Assembly (NCBI GenBank): GCA_021798355.1
Contig: JAJZMG010000040.1
Coordinates: forward strand, 1-55,748
Length of the DNA: 55,748 nucleotides
Source: Nanobdellota archaeon
GTDB taxonomy: Archaea > Nanobdellota > Nanobdellia > Parvarchaeales > Parvarchaeaceae
Direction: 5' to 3'
Shown here: one piece after another, positions 17,886 to 27,675 of the stretch
Position numbering within the stretch: position 1 is the stretch's first letter
Layout of the letters: each line of letters begins with the position of its first letter
Notes under the pieces: model-generated
What the model saw: only the letters and a program-made list of their open reading frames with translations
The model's database searches: none
Told to the model about the DNA's origin: nothing
Made by a program: the position numbers and the translations under genes

Positions 17886-20609
17886 TCATTTTATAACAAT
17901 CATAGGCTTCCCAGGAAATGCCTTTTCTTCATTGCTTTCTTCTATTTTTATTTCTGCGTTGTATCTCTCTTTTAGTTTTTCCTTTGATTCAATAAAAACC
18001 TTCTTTTCCAACTCATAATCAAGCCTTTTGTTTGGCAGTCTTTTCGGGTTTTTAAGCAGTTTATTTACAAAGTCGTTTATTGGAACCTCCTTTCTTATCT
18101 CCTTTATGTCCCTGCTTCTGTGCGTTATCTCCTCTACTTTGTTGTATACCTCAAATTTTTCTTTTCCAGCCATTCCTATTATTATCTCTTTAGGATCTTT
18201 ATTTATTATATTTAACAGGTTGTTTATGTCTTCTAAGGTCTGGTTTAAAACCTCAAATTCATTTTCAACAATCTCATTTTTGTATTCTTCTTTTATTTCA
18301 GGCCAGCTTTGGTAGCTTTCCAACAGTTCCCCTTTATTTAGTGCATTGTTTATCTCTTCGGTTACAAATGGAAAGATCGGATGAGTAAGCTTTGAAAATA
18401 CAGTTATAGCATACTTTAATGTATCCTTGTTGTTCCCGCCATAATCAATGTAGTTTTTAATATTCTCTATAAATTCAAAGAAGGAATAGTTCAATGAGTT
18501 CTTGTATTTCATCAAATTATATGATTTTTCGCTATTTTCTATAAGATAATTTACCTTGGACAGTAAAAATTCATCCACAAGTTTCCTTTCACCGGAAAAA
18601 CTGTTCATTATTTCGGTAAGTTCTAGAATAAATTCTATTTTCTGCTTGAACCCATTTATATTGTTTAAATCCCAAGCAGCATCATCCATACCATTAGATG
18701 CCGAAGCTATCAACCTGGCGGAATCGGCTCCGTAATTGTTTACCACATAATCTATAGTCATTGTATTTCCTTTAGACTTGCTCATCTTCTTTCCATTCAC
18801 AGTAAGCCAGCCGTTTATTCCCAAGCCTCTTGGCCATTTGTCCTTATTGAAAATTGCCACATGTGTCATTATAAAGAATGCTATATGGTTTGTTATAAGT
18901 TCTTTGGCTGTAACTCTTAAATCCAGTGGATACCAATAATCAAATTCTCTTTTCATTTTTTCTACAGTCTCTGTGAATTTCTTGCCGGAGTTTTTGTCTA
19001 AAAGGATGTAATCAAACATCTCATCAGTTATTTCCTCAGGTTTCATGTCTTTTATTATGTGAGCAAATGTGTAATATGCCATATATATTGTAGAGTCACT
19101 AAGTGGTTCTATAAGCCAGTTTTTATCCCATGGCAGCGGTGTACCCAATCCGCCACTTCTTGTTGCAGCTTTGTCTTCCATGTTATAAACAGCATTTATT
19201 ATTTGGGCTTTTGCTTCCTCCGGTCTAACGTCCATCTTTTGTATCCAGTCTATGGTTTTTTCTTTAAGTTGTTTATCAGAATATCTTATGAACCATTGGT
19301 TTTGGACCAGCTTAATCAGTCCTTTTGCCCCGCAGCGGCATATAACCTCTCCAGATGTTTCATAGAAATTATCATAAGCATTGTTTTTCTTTATTAGTTC
19401 AATAGCATATTCCTTAGCTTCCTTTACAGGCTTACCGCTTAATGGGCCGTTGTTTTCATTTAAAACGCCATAATTGAATTCTGTTTTGTATACGTATTTT
19501 GTAGCATCCTCTAATGAATTTTCATCTGCAGTGCCAAAGCGCTTAATTGCCTCTTCCATTAAGTTTGGGTTCGTTTTTACGTCGATTATCTTCTTAGCTT
19601 CTTTTAGTTTAATCTCTGCCTTTTTCTTATTGTAATAACTGTAATCAAAAGGGGCATGCATTGGTACGCCCATTACTATTCCTGTGTTCCTGTCAGTTTT
19701 TACAAATTCCCCATTTAATATCGGTATTTCTTCATTGTTTACCGGGTTTTTTGCAGTTTTGCCTACTATTTCAGCGGGATTGAAATTTTCTATCTTCTCG
19801 GCTATGTTCTTTTGAAATGGCAATTTCTCAGTAAATTCTTTTGAGACAATCCATTCCTCGCCATTAGAAAACCTTATTTTTTTGTATTCACCTTTTTCAT
19901 TTATCCATAAATTGCTTACTCCATAGATTGTTTCTGGACGCAATGTAGCTGCAGGCAATACAAAATTATCTACTTTAAATTTGATTATAGTAAACTCCAT
20001 AGGGCTTTCTCCTTCTCCCTCTGCCCTATCATGATCCCCTAAAGAGGTATTCTCGTTTGGACACCAAACTACTGGGTGATTCCCTTGTGTTATATATCCT
20101 ATGTCTTTAAGGGTTCTGAACTGCCATTCAACAAATTTTGAATATTGTTCTGTGTATGAAAGTATAAAATTTCTTCTCCAGTCTATAGATGTTCCAACTA
20201 AATTAAAATCACTTTTATAAGTTTTTCCAAAGAATAACCCTAATTCTAAAGGATTGCCTGCAAATCTTTTTATGTCCTCGTCAGTAGCCCCTTGGTCCCT
20301 CATTATCTTTATTGCCTTTTCATCGCCATTTTTCAGTCTAAGGGACATTCCTGCCATCGGCCCACCTGTCATGTGAAAACCCTGCGGAAACAGTACGTTT
20401 TTACCTTTCATTCTCTGGAATCTTGCGAATACATCTGCTCTAGTCCAGGTATACATATGCCCGGTATGCAGTCTTCCATCAGGGTACATTACCGGAACGG
20501 TTATAAAGAATTTTTCCTTTTTTTCATCTAAATCTGCTTCATAGCTTTTCTTTTCCTCATAGACGTTCCGCCATTTTTTTTCTATCTCTTCGAGCTGATA
20601 TTTTGACAT
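17886..20609 (-). CDS. leuS: Leucyl-tRNA synthetase (archaeal type)
   Basis: 907 aa. HIGH-type motif (HTGHMYTW), KMSKS (KMSKSKGN), CP1 editing-domain length. Confidence 0.95.
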   Translation of the reverse strand: MSKYQLEEIEKKWRNVYEEKKSYEADLDEKKEKFFITVPVMYPDGRLHTGHMYTWTRADVFARFQRMKGKNVLFPQGFHMTGGPMAGMSLRLKNGDEKAIKIMRDQGATDEDIKRFAGNPLELGLFFGKTYKSDFNLVGTSIDWRRNFILSYTEQYSKFVEWQFRTLKDIGYITQGNHPVVWCPNENTSLGDHDRAEGEGESPMEFTIIKFKVDNFVLPAATLRPETIYGVSNLWINEKGEYKKIRFSNGEEWIVSKEFTEKLPFQKNIAEKIENFNPAEIVGKTAKNPVNNEEIPILNGEFVKTDRNTGIVMGVPMHAPFDYSYYNKKKAEIKLKEAKKIIDVKTNPNLMEEAIKRFGTADENSLEDATKYVYKTEFNYGVLNENNGPLSGKPVKEAKEYAIELIKKNNAYDNFYETSGEVICRCGAKGLIKLVQNQWFIRYSDKQLKEKTIDWIQKMDVRPEEAKAQIINAVYNMEDKAATRSGGLGTPLPWDKNWLIEPLSDSTIYMAYYTFAHIIKDMKPEEITDEMFDYILLDKNSGKKFTETVEKMKREFDYWYPLDLRVTAKELITNHIAFFIMTHVAIFNKDKWPRGLGINGWLTVNGKKMSKSKGNTMTIDYVVNNYGADSARLIASASNGMDDAAWDLNNINGFKQKIEFILELTEIMNSFSGERKLVDEFLLSKVNYLIENSEKSYNLMKYKNSLNYSFFEFIENIKNYIDYGGNNKDTLKYAITVFSKLTHPIFPFVTEEINNALNKGELLESYQSWPEIKEEYKNEIVENEFEVLNQTLEDINNLLNIINKDPKEIIIGMAGKEKFEVYNKVEEITHRSRDIKEIRKEVPINDFVNKLLKNPKRLPNKRLDYELEKKVFIESKEKLKERYNAEIKIEESNEEKAFPGKPMIVIK

Positions 20610-20712
20610 AGATAAGACAAATAACTGCTCGTTTTTATACTTTCTTAACAGTTTATATAATTTGTAGAATAAAGCAATTAAGCTTTATTAATTAAAATAG
20701 CATTAAAAACTA

Positions 20713-22146
20713 ATGGCAGAAGGAATAAGCGTAAAGAAAGAAAGTGATCTGATTTCGTGGTATAACCAAGTTGTTATTAAGTCTGAGATGGCAGATTTCT
20801 CAGCAGTAAAGGGGTTTGCAGTTTACCGTCCATATGGATATGAGATATGGGAAAGAAGTGTAGCATACCTTGATAGCAAGTTCAAGTCAATAGGGGTAAA
20901 AAATGCATATTTTCCCTTGCTGATACCGGAAAGCATACTTTCAAAGGAAAAGGAACATATAGCAGGATTTAATCCTGAAGTGGCATGGGTAACCATTGGA
21001 GGGGATACTGAGTTGGATGAAAGACTAGCTATAAGGCCAACATCCGAGACAATAATGTACGATAGTTACTCAAAATGGATAAAAAGCTACAGAGATCTGC
21101 CGCTTTTAATAAATCAATGGAACACTATGGTCAGGTGGGAAACTAAAGAGACAAGATTGTTTTTAAGAGGCAGGGAAGTTCTATGGCAGGAAGGGCATTG
21201 TGTGTTCAAGACTGAAAAAGAAGCAGATAAGAATGCCAGGGATATATTAGACTTTTATAAACAGTTCCTTGAAGAGATGCTTGCAGTTCCTGTTTTAGCG
21301 GGTAAGAAAAGTCAGGGCGAAAAGTTTGCAGGCGCTGTAACAACCTACACAGTCGAAGCAATACTTTCAAACAATTTTATGTCACAGGCCGCTACTTCCC
21401 ATTATTTGGGGCAAAACTTCTCCAAGTCATTTGACATAAAGTTTTTAGATGAAAAGAACGAATTGCAGTACCCTTTTCAAACATCTTGGGGAATTTCGAT
21501 GCGTTCAATAGGGATAATGTTACTGGTGCATGGAGATGATAAAGGCTTAGTACTGTCTCCGCATGTTGCCCCTTACCAATGTGTCATAATCCCAATTATA
21601 AAAGAAGAGAGGGATAAAGTGCTAGAATACTGCAGCCAAATCGAATCAAAATTAAAAGAGATTGGTGTGAGGGTACTTCTAGACAGTAGGGAGGAGTATT
21701 CACCAGGTTGGAAACTTAACGAATACGACCTTAAAGGCGTACCTTTAAAGATACAGATAGGTAAGAGAGAGCTCGATACTAAGAATCTGTCACTTAAAAC
21801 AAGAATAAACAATGTACAATCAGTCATACCTTTCAGCGAAATTGATAATGTAAAAGAAAAGTTAGAGGAAATACATAAAAGCATGCTTGAAAGTGTTAGG
21901 GCGGATGGTAAAAAAAGGATAAAAGAAGAAAGTTCAAAGGATAATTTTGTAAAGGCGCTTAAAGAAAGTTTATACATAGCGAAAGCCTCCTGGTGCGGTA
22001 CTCCCGAGTGCGAAGAGAAAATAAAGAACGAAACCGGCGCAACTTCAAGGCTTATACCTTTAGAAGATGAGGAGCTTATCAATGAAAAATGCATATTTTG
22101 CGGCAATAAAGCCAAAATAAATGCATATTTCGCAAAATCTTATTAA
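20713..22146 (+). CDS. proS: Prolyl-tRNA synthetase (archaeal/eukaryotic type)
   Basis: 477 aa. Class II motifs (RPTSET, FLRGREVLWQEGH), Zn-binding C-terminal domain ending in Tyr. Confidence 0.95.
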   Translation: MAEGISVKKESDLISWYNQVVIKSEMADFSAVKGFAVYRPYGYEIWERSVAYLDSKFKSIGVKNAYFPLLIPESILSKEKEHIAGFNPEVAWVTIGGDTELDERLAIRPTSETIMYDSYSKWIKSYRDLPLLINQWNTMVRWETKETRLFLRGREVLWQEGHCVFKTEKEADKNARDILDFYKQFLEEMLAVPVLAGKKSQGEKFAGAVTTYTVEAILSNNFMSQAATSHYLGQNFSKSFDIKFLDEKNELQYPFQTSWGISMRSIGIMLLVHGDDKGLVLSPHVAPYQCVIIPIIKEERDKVLEYCSQIESKLKEIGVRVLLDSREEYSPGWKLNEYDLKGVPLKIQIGKRELDTKNLSLKTRINNVQSVIPFSEIDNVKEKLEEIHKSMLESVRADGKKRIKEESSKDNFVKALKESLYIAKASWCGTPECEEKIKNETGATSRLIPLEDEELINEKCIFCGNKAKINAYFAKSY

Positions 22147-22147
22147 A

Positions 22148-22660
22148 ATGGACGCCGTATCCTACTACAATTCTATAGGTAATAGCTATGAAAAACTTTA
22201 TTCTAGAGAGCAGGAAGATAAAATGCGATTTTTTTTATCTAAATTAAACATAAAAAAAGGCGATAAAATACTCGATGCGGGGGCCGGTTCTGGTATACTA
22301 GAGAATATTCTTAAAGAAAATGAAATAATTGCTTTAGAGCCATCTAACATGGCCGACATGATAATAAAAAAGAAACTAAGCAATGTTTTCGTGGTAAAGA
22401 AAACGATACAGGATTTTGATTATGTTGGAAAGTTTAATATAGTTTTTTGTATTACGGTTCTGCAGGATATAAAAGAAGAAGAAAGAAGTAATATACTTAA
22501 AAAGCTTTTTAGTTTGACTGCTGAAAATGGCCACCTTATAATCTCAGTATTAAAAGCCTCCAATATAAATTTAAGTGATTTAAACCCTATAGAGAGCGGC
22601 TACATTGCAAATGACAGGTACTTTATATTCTTTAATGAAGGTAAAAGCTTTTTAAGTTAA
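22148..22660 (+). CDS. Class I SAM-dependent methyltransferase
   Basis: Motif I ILDAGAGSGILE. The ATG at 22148 lies 1 nt (2-nt step) after the proS stop. Confidence 0.7.
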   Translation: MDAVSYYNSIGNSYEKLYSREQEDKMRFFLSKLNIKKGDKILDAGAGSGILENILKENEIIALEPSNMADMIIKKKLSNVFVVKKTIQDFDYVGKFNIVFCITVLQDIKEEERSNILKKLFSLTAENGHLIISVLKASNINLSDLNPIESGYIANDRYFIFFNEGKSFLS

Positions 22661-22716
22661 GAACCATTTAATTATATTAATATAAAAATATTAGTAAAAT
22701 AATTAGGAGGTTGATT

Positions 22717-22989
22717 ATGGCAGGCGTAACTAAGGGAGAAAGAATAGATGCAAGGACTATAGTTGGTAAGACAATTGTGGGAAAAAGCGGAAAGAAAATA
22801 GGTACAGTAGAAGATTTAATCTATGAAGCAAGAACAGGAGAATTAGTTTACCTGTCAGTTAAAAACCCCACTTCATATGCAAATACGTTTCAGTTCGAAA
22901 AAGATGAGAATGGGTTTGAAGAGATTCCTTATAGTGCTGTTATTTCTATAGGCGATTTTGTAGTAGTAGCAGAAGAAGATATAATCTAG
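22717..22989 (+). CDS. Small PRC-barrel domain protein
   Basis: About 90 aa. IVGKTIVGKSGKKIGTVEDLIYEARTGELVYLSV. AGGAGG SD 7 nt upstream of the ATG at 22717. Confidence 0.7.
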   Translation: MAGVTKGERIDARTIVGKTIVGKSGKKIGTVEDLIYEARTGELVYLSVKNPTSYANTFQFEKDENGFEEIPYSAVISIGDFVVVAEEDII

Positions 22990-23050
22990 ATAAAAAACCC
23001 AGGCTATTACAAACAAAAAGTTTTAATACCTGCACGGATACGATTTTGAG

Positions 23051-23260
23051 GTGGAAAATAAGCAGGTTCAAGATAAAACATTAGAGAGGCTATTATCCGC
23101 AGATAGGTGGAGCTATAAGGGATACTTTACAGTGAAAGAAGTTGATAAAGCTATCCAGAATTTTTATAAAGAAGCAGGAACATTAAGGGCGCCGAGATTC
23201 TCCAAATACTTAGAGAATTATGTTAATGATCTTAATGAACTTGACAAGGCCCTGGCTTAG
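23051..23260 (+). CDS. Hypothetical small protein (GTG start)
   Basis: 69-aa ORF with a GAGGTG overlapping the start. No recognisable motif. Confidence 0.35.
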   Translation: MENKQVQDKTLERLLSADRWSYKGYFTVKEVDKAIQNFYKEAGTLRAPRFSKYLENYVNDLNELDKALA

Positions 23261-23457
23261 TAATGAAAGTCACAATAAGTTCTATCCTACGTGACCTCGA
23301 GGAAAAAAATCCGCCAAAGAATACAAAACAACTATTTATGAAGCCGAGAAAGAACTTGTAAATGGATATTTCGCTAAGTTTTAACAAGTCTATTTATAAT
23401 TTAATGTAATAACTTGATTTGAGTGTATTTCATTACTTGCTTTCTATAGGATAATAA

Positions 23458-23529
23458 AGCCTAGGGCGAGAATCGGACTCGCGATCTTCTCCTTACCAAG
23501 GAGACGCTTTGCCACTGAGCCACCTAGGC
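23458..23529 (-). tRNA. tRNA-Thr (anticodon GGU) with an atypical T-loop
   Basis: Reverse strand GCCTAGG...CCTAGGC acceptor, anticodon stem TCTCC/GGAGA with loop TTGGTAA, T-arm GCGAG-TCCGATT-CTCGC, discriminator T. Confidence 0.85.
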
Positions 23530-23640
23530 ATGAAATATAATAATTAAATTACTATAAAAGGATTTGTCATTTTGCAACTAAGCTAAAATATTTGTCAAAA
23601 AGATAATATTAAATAGTATTATCAGCATCTTTAATCAAAT

Positions 23641-23859
23641 ATGGGAAGGATAAGAGGTAAGGAAATAAGAAATGCTACTATAGAGGTCCTTAAAAGATAC
23701 AAAGGCCTCTTTAATGAAGATTTTGAGAACAATAAGGAAGCTTTGAATGGGGTCATAACTGCCCAGAAAAGGAATAGAAACAAGATAGCTGGATTTATAA
23801 CAAAACTAGCAAAAAGTAAATCTATAGAAGAGTTTATAATAGAGCATTCTTCAAAATAA
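23641..23859 (+). CDS. rps17e: 30S ribosomal protein S17e
   Basis: 72 aa. MGRIRGKEIRNATIEVLKRYKGLFNEDFENNK matches the eS17 N-terminal signature. Confidence 0.85.
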   Translation: MGRIRGKEIRNATIEVLKRYKGLFNEDFENNKEALNGVITAQKRNRNKIAGFITKLAKSKSIEEFIIEHSSK

Positions 23860-25614
23860 TTTTACCTTCTCTAAAGAAGATTTGCCTTGTGGAAGCAATC
23901 GGTCTATATAGTCATCATTAACTTGTACTGAGTATTTTTGTGCTATTGCCCTATTTATCTTCCTTATTATCTCATCTCTTTTCTTGCTACCCGGTTTTAT
24001 TAAAAAGAATGTGGATTTTGGTTCATAAGGAGTGACTTTTAAGTTTGCAAATTCCTCCTCTATCGTTATAGATATATACATACCAAGCGGGGTATTTTTA
24101 ATATAGTCTCTTTTGCCTTCTATGTAGAATGCGCCTTTTTTAAGAGATTCTCCAGAAGGAGGCGTTTTTGTTACTTGTTCTGGTTTTATAAAATAAACAT
24201 CGAGATTTGTGGCCCCTGCCCTCCATGCAGAAGAATATGATGCTATCATAACTGCCGCCTCTTCAAGATCTTTTTTACTCACATTGCTGCCTTCTTTGGG
24301 TTTCATAACACCAAATGGGCTTCCAAAAACATCAGCATGTCCAACTATGTCTCCTTTTTCCATATGTTTCTCTATAAGTGATTCATTTTGGTTTATATCC
24401 TTGCCGATTATCACCAGGCTGCCTTCCGACGTGACAAAGTGCCTAAATTTAGCATACCATTGGCTTTCGTTTTTTACCTTTATTCTCCTTATCATTTTTG
24501 TGTTAGAGGTTATCGCTTCGGTATCTATATTTTTAAGTCTCTTGGACTTTTGATACAGAAGGGCTAAGTTATAATTTAGGTTTTGTGTTATGTCTATGTT
24601 GATTTGCTGTCTTTCCTTTGGCACAATATTTTTACCGTTTATAAGAAACCCCAGGTTATCTAGCTCTCTTTCTCTGTCAATTATGCTTTTATCAGAGGAT
24701 TTTAAAATATTTATTGCGTTTTGTATCCTTCCATAATTAGTATTTATAAATTCTATATCTTGTTCGTATTCCTTCAGTCTGTCCTGTGCTTTGTTAAGTT
24801 CTATTTTTACCGGATTTTTACGCTCAATCTCTTCGTTTTTTTCGAAGAAGTTTATGACTGCAGAATTTATGTTTTCAAAGTATTCTTTTTCTCCAGCTAT
24901 ATGTTTTAATTCGACTGCAGAAAATATCTTTTTGTCTATTATATTCGGCTTGTTTTCCTTTATTATCTCAAGGAATTTTTCTCGTAACATTTTTGCTTCC
25001 CCTATTTCAAGTTCAAGCGGCTTTTTGGATTTGTCGATCTTTGCCCTAAAACACGCTTCTTCTGCGTAATAACCACCCATTGAAAAATCCATGGCAAGGC
25101 TTTTTACCACGCTTTCTCTGTCTGACGCTTTTAGCATCGAATAGAACCCGCCATACATATCATTGAAGGATTTCTTATTGCCAGGGGGGTAAATATACTC
25201 TCCACCGCTTGATATCTCTCTGCTTTCATATTTTCTTTGAAACAAAGCTCTTTCTATCTTTTCGTCTTTTAAAAGTATAACGTTACCCTTTGAGAACATT
25301 TCTATCAGAAGCTTATTACTATCTGTTTTTATTTCCAGTATCCTGTCGGAGTTGTGCATGCTGATTGAAAATCTCTTTCCTTTAAGGGCGTTTTTTACAA
25401 GTGTAGTAAAACCGAAGTCCAGGGTTTCTTCTGGTTTTTCATTAACTACACAAAAATAGTGCCCGGGTACTATCTTAAGCCAGTATTCTTTGCCTTTGTA
25501 TATAAGAAAGTAAAATTCATTTTTCCCGCTTTTTATATTTCTTATAAATCCCCCGTTTATGTGCTCAAATTCATCAAGTAATTTATATATGTCCAAGGAC
25601 GTTAAACTTTGCAT
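23851..25614 (-). CDS. NFACT-family protein (archaeal Rqc2/NEMF/FbpA homolog, ribosome quality control)
   Basis: About 587 aa. NFACT-N, coiled-coil middle region, and a DUF814-like segment (GHADVFGSPFGVMK ... AASYSSAWRAG). The ATG at 25614 is preferred over the GTG at 25620. Confidence 0.85.
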   Translation of the reverse strand: MQSLTSLDIYKLLDEFEHINGGFIRNIKSGKNEFYFLIYKGKEYWLKIVPGHYFCVVNEKPEETLDFGFTTLVKNALKGKRFSISMHNSDRILEIKTDSNKLLIEMFSKGNVILLKDEKIERALFQRKYESREISSGGEYIYPPGNKKSFNDMYGGFYSMLKASDRESVVKSLAMDFSMGGYYAEEACFRAKIDKSKKPLELEIGEAKMLREKFLEIIKENKPNIIDKKIFSAVELKHIAGEKEYFENINSAVINFFEKNEEIERKNPVKIELNKAQDRLKEYEQDIEFINTNYGRIQNAINILKSSDKSIIDRERELDNLGFLINGKNIVPKERQQINIDITQNLNYNLALLYQKSKRLKNIDTEAITSNTKMIRRIKVKNESQWYAKFRHFVTSEGSLVIIGKDINQNESLIEKHMEKGDIVGHADVFGSPFGVMKPKEGSNVSKKDLEEAAVMIASYSSAWRAGATNLDVYFIKPEQVTKTPPSGESLKKGAFYIEGKRDYIKNTPLGMYISITIEEEFANLKVTPYEPKSTFFLIKPGSKKRDEIIRKINRAIAQKYSVQVNDDYIDRLLPQGKSSLEKVKLF

Positions 25615-25616
25615 GG

Positions 25617-26087
25617 TCACTTATAAAAGTTGGATTGTATGGCGGACTTAATGCTATTCACGTCGCTTTCAAAAGCTGCTTTTCTCTGTGTGACTACTTC
25701 TTCATTCATCTTGTCATATATCGGCCTTACAAATTTTGAAACGCCTTTTGTCCATTTATTAAGGTAATCTACCAGTATATCTGAGACCAACTGTACTTGC
25801 ACAGTGCCTGTCTTTGCCTTTACTTGCTTTCCCTCCTTTAACGCCACTGTTTCTTGTATATTCCTATAATCCAAATTCACATTAATACGGTAAGCCATAT
25901 AATCGTCTATCACTTTCGTGGCCGTCCATTTTATAACATAATTTGCGCCTGAAAACTGTATATAATTCGTTTCTTTTACAGAGTAGCCTGCAGATACCAA
26001 CAAATCTCTCAGGAAATTGTAGAACTTTTGATCATCCAGCGTACCCTCATACTGCACAGTGGTATTACCCATTGGTATTATTTCCAT
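25617..26087 (-). CDS. Hypothetical protein, 156 aa, tightly linked to the NFACT gene
   Basis: Its stop TGA (25619-25617) is 2 nt from the NFACT ATG. I recognise no motif. Confidence 0.55.
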   Translation of the reverse strand: MEIIPMGNTTVQYEGTLDDQKFYNFLRDLLVSAGYSVKETNYIQFSGANYVIKWTATKVIDDYMAYRINVNLDYRNIQETVALKEGKQVKAKTGTVQVQLVSDILVDYLNKWTKGVSKFVRPIYDKMNEEVVTQRKAAFESDVNSIKSAIQSNFYK

Positions 26088-26129
26088 ATTTTAATTAGAT
26101 TTTGTTCAAATTTAACTCTTTCCTGTATT

Positions 26130-27167
26130 TTACCAGAATATAATTAAACCTATTGAAGCAATAACTATTTCAATAAATGTTAGTATCAGAGGGATTTGCC
26201 ATTCTTTATATTTCCCTTTCCTCAAAAATATATGTGTTAGGGAGTATATCTTGTTTCCATATAATGATGAGAGGGTTCCATCTTTATGTATTACGCCCCA
26301 TGAACTCGCATGGAATCTTTTTCTGGCTTTCAAGATAAACTCTGTTATCCAAGGTATCATTATAAAAACAGCAAATAATTGCATATTCCCGATTATTGCA
26401 ACAACTGCAACTGCCCCGCCAATAAGATATGTCAAGCTATCTCCGGGTATTATCTTAGCAGGGTACTTCCCGTAATATAGGTAACCAAGTAAAACGGCAA
26501 ACATTATAGCAGAGAGTGCCAATCCATCATAATTTTGTAAATGGAAAGAAAGTATGGAAAAGGCAGCAAATAAGACTAGTCCCATCTGTACTGCAATACC
26601 ATTTAGGCCTTCCAACATATTGTAAGCATTGGATGCAAATACGACGCCAATGGGAATAAAGATTACTATATATAGAATAGGAGCAATAACAATGTTCCCG
26701 ACCCCCGGAAAGTATACAGTGCTCCCAAAGAATAGGACCATTAATGGAACGGCACCTATCAACGTAAGCAATGGCTTCTGCCACTGTCTTATCCCTCCAT
26801 TAAAAATTGAATAATCCTTGGCCATCCTTTTTATATCTGTCATAGAGGTTCTTATTTTTCCGCCTGATAAGTCATCTACAAATCCTATTAATGAGATTAT
26901 TATTATTGAGGACAAACCAAGAAGTAGTGCTTCCGGATTTAGATTTGCTTTTATTATATAATTATAAGCTGCTATTAAAGACATTACTCCCGCAAATAAT
27001 CCTATTATAAGCAGAAAACCGCCGCTTGAGGGAAGTATTGGCCTGTTCTTCTTGTTTATATCTTGGGCAACTAGCCCTGCCCTTATCAATAAAGGAATTA
27101 TAAACTTGCCACTAATAAATGTAGCAATTGCAGCCACTATTGCAGAAAGCAGTATTTCCAATAACAT
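26130..27167 (-). CDS. Glycosyltransferase family 4 polyprenyl-phosphate HexNAc-1-phosphate transferase (AglH/WecA/MraY-like)
   Basis: 345 aa polytopic protein. FVDDLSGG, NAYNMLEGLNGIAV, PGDSLTYLIG. Confidence 0.85.
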   Translation of the reverse strand: MLLEILLSAIVAAIATFISGKFIIPLLIRAGLVAQDINKKNRPILPSSGGFLLIIGLFAGVMSLIAAYNYIIKANLNPEALLLGLSSIIIISLIGFVDDLSGGKIRTSMTDIKRMAKDYSIFNGGIRQWQKPLLTLIGAVPLMVLFFGSTVYFPGVGNIVIAPILYIVIFIPIGVVFASNAYNMLEGLNGIAVQMGLVLFAAFSILSFHLQNYDGLALSAIMFAVLLGYLYYGKYPAKIIPGDSLTYLIGGAVAVVAIIGNMQLFAVFIMIPWITEFILKARKRFHASSWGVIHKDGTLSSLYGNKIYSLTHIFLRKGKYKEWQIPLILTFIEIVIASIGLIIFW

Positions 27168-27230
27168 TTAAATCTCTGGGATTTAGTATATTTAAGTTTT
27201 ATATCTACAGTTTTTATAAGTTTATGTTAT

Positions 27231-27303
27231 AGCCCTGTAGTGTAGCGGCCAAGCACGAGGGCCTTTGGAGCCCTAGACACCGGTTCAAATCCGGTCAGGG
27301 CTA
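27231..27303 (+). tRNA. tRNA-Gln (anticodon UUG)
   Basis: Acceptor AGCCCTG/CAGGGCT (A1:U72, typical of archaeal tRNA-Gln), anticodon stem AGGGC/GCCCT with loop CTTTGGA, T-arm ACCGG-TTCAAAT-CCGGT, discriminator A. TTTTATAT lies about 30 nt upstream. Confidence 0.9.
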
Positions 27304-27313
27304 TTATTTTTTG
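27300..27313 (+). repeat. Left copy of the 14-nt direct repeat GCTATTATTTTTTG (overlaps the tRNA-Gln 3' end)
   Basis: An identical 14-mer recurs at 30198-30211. A 10-mer CTATACCTCG (27441-27450) also recurs at 30189-30198. Confidence 0.45.
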
Positions 27314-27675
27314 GGGTATATAATATCTCTTTCTTAATTTCACCCTAAATACCATAAATATCGTAATACTATCTATGTTATCTCCGAGTAATGCCGGATA
27401 GACCTATCAGTCATAAAAGGTATTTTCAAGGCAACTTCTACTATACCTCGAGGCTATTTCGGTAAAATATCAATAATTATTGAGGTTAATTTCGGGGAAA
27501 ATTCTCGAGAGTTCGAGGTGGTAAGATTGATGAATAGTAAGACTTGACTCGAATGAGACTGAGAATAGAGAGGAAATAGACTGGGAAGAGAATAGGGGCT
27601 AGGTTGTGGGGTAATTATAACGTTTAGATTTCTAGATTAGAAGGTTTTAAATATCCATATAACATTTAAAAGTAA

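Noticed and set aside
27527-27562. Possible C/D-box sRNA (TTGATGA ... CTGA) in the spacer after tRNA-Gln
   Set aside because: The C-like and D-like boxes are only ~25 nt apart. That is too short for the C-guide-D'-C'-guide-D layout of archaeal sRNAs (about 50-60 nt). There are no terminal pairing stems or clear internal boxes.
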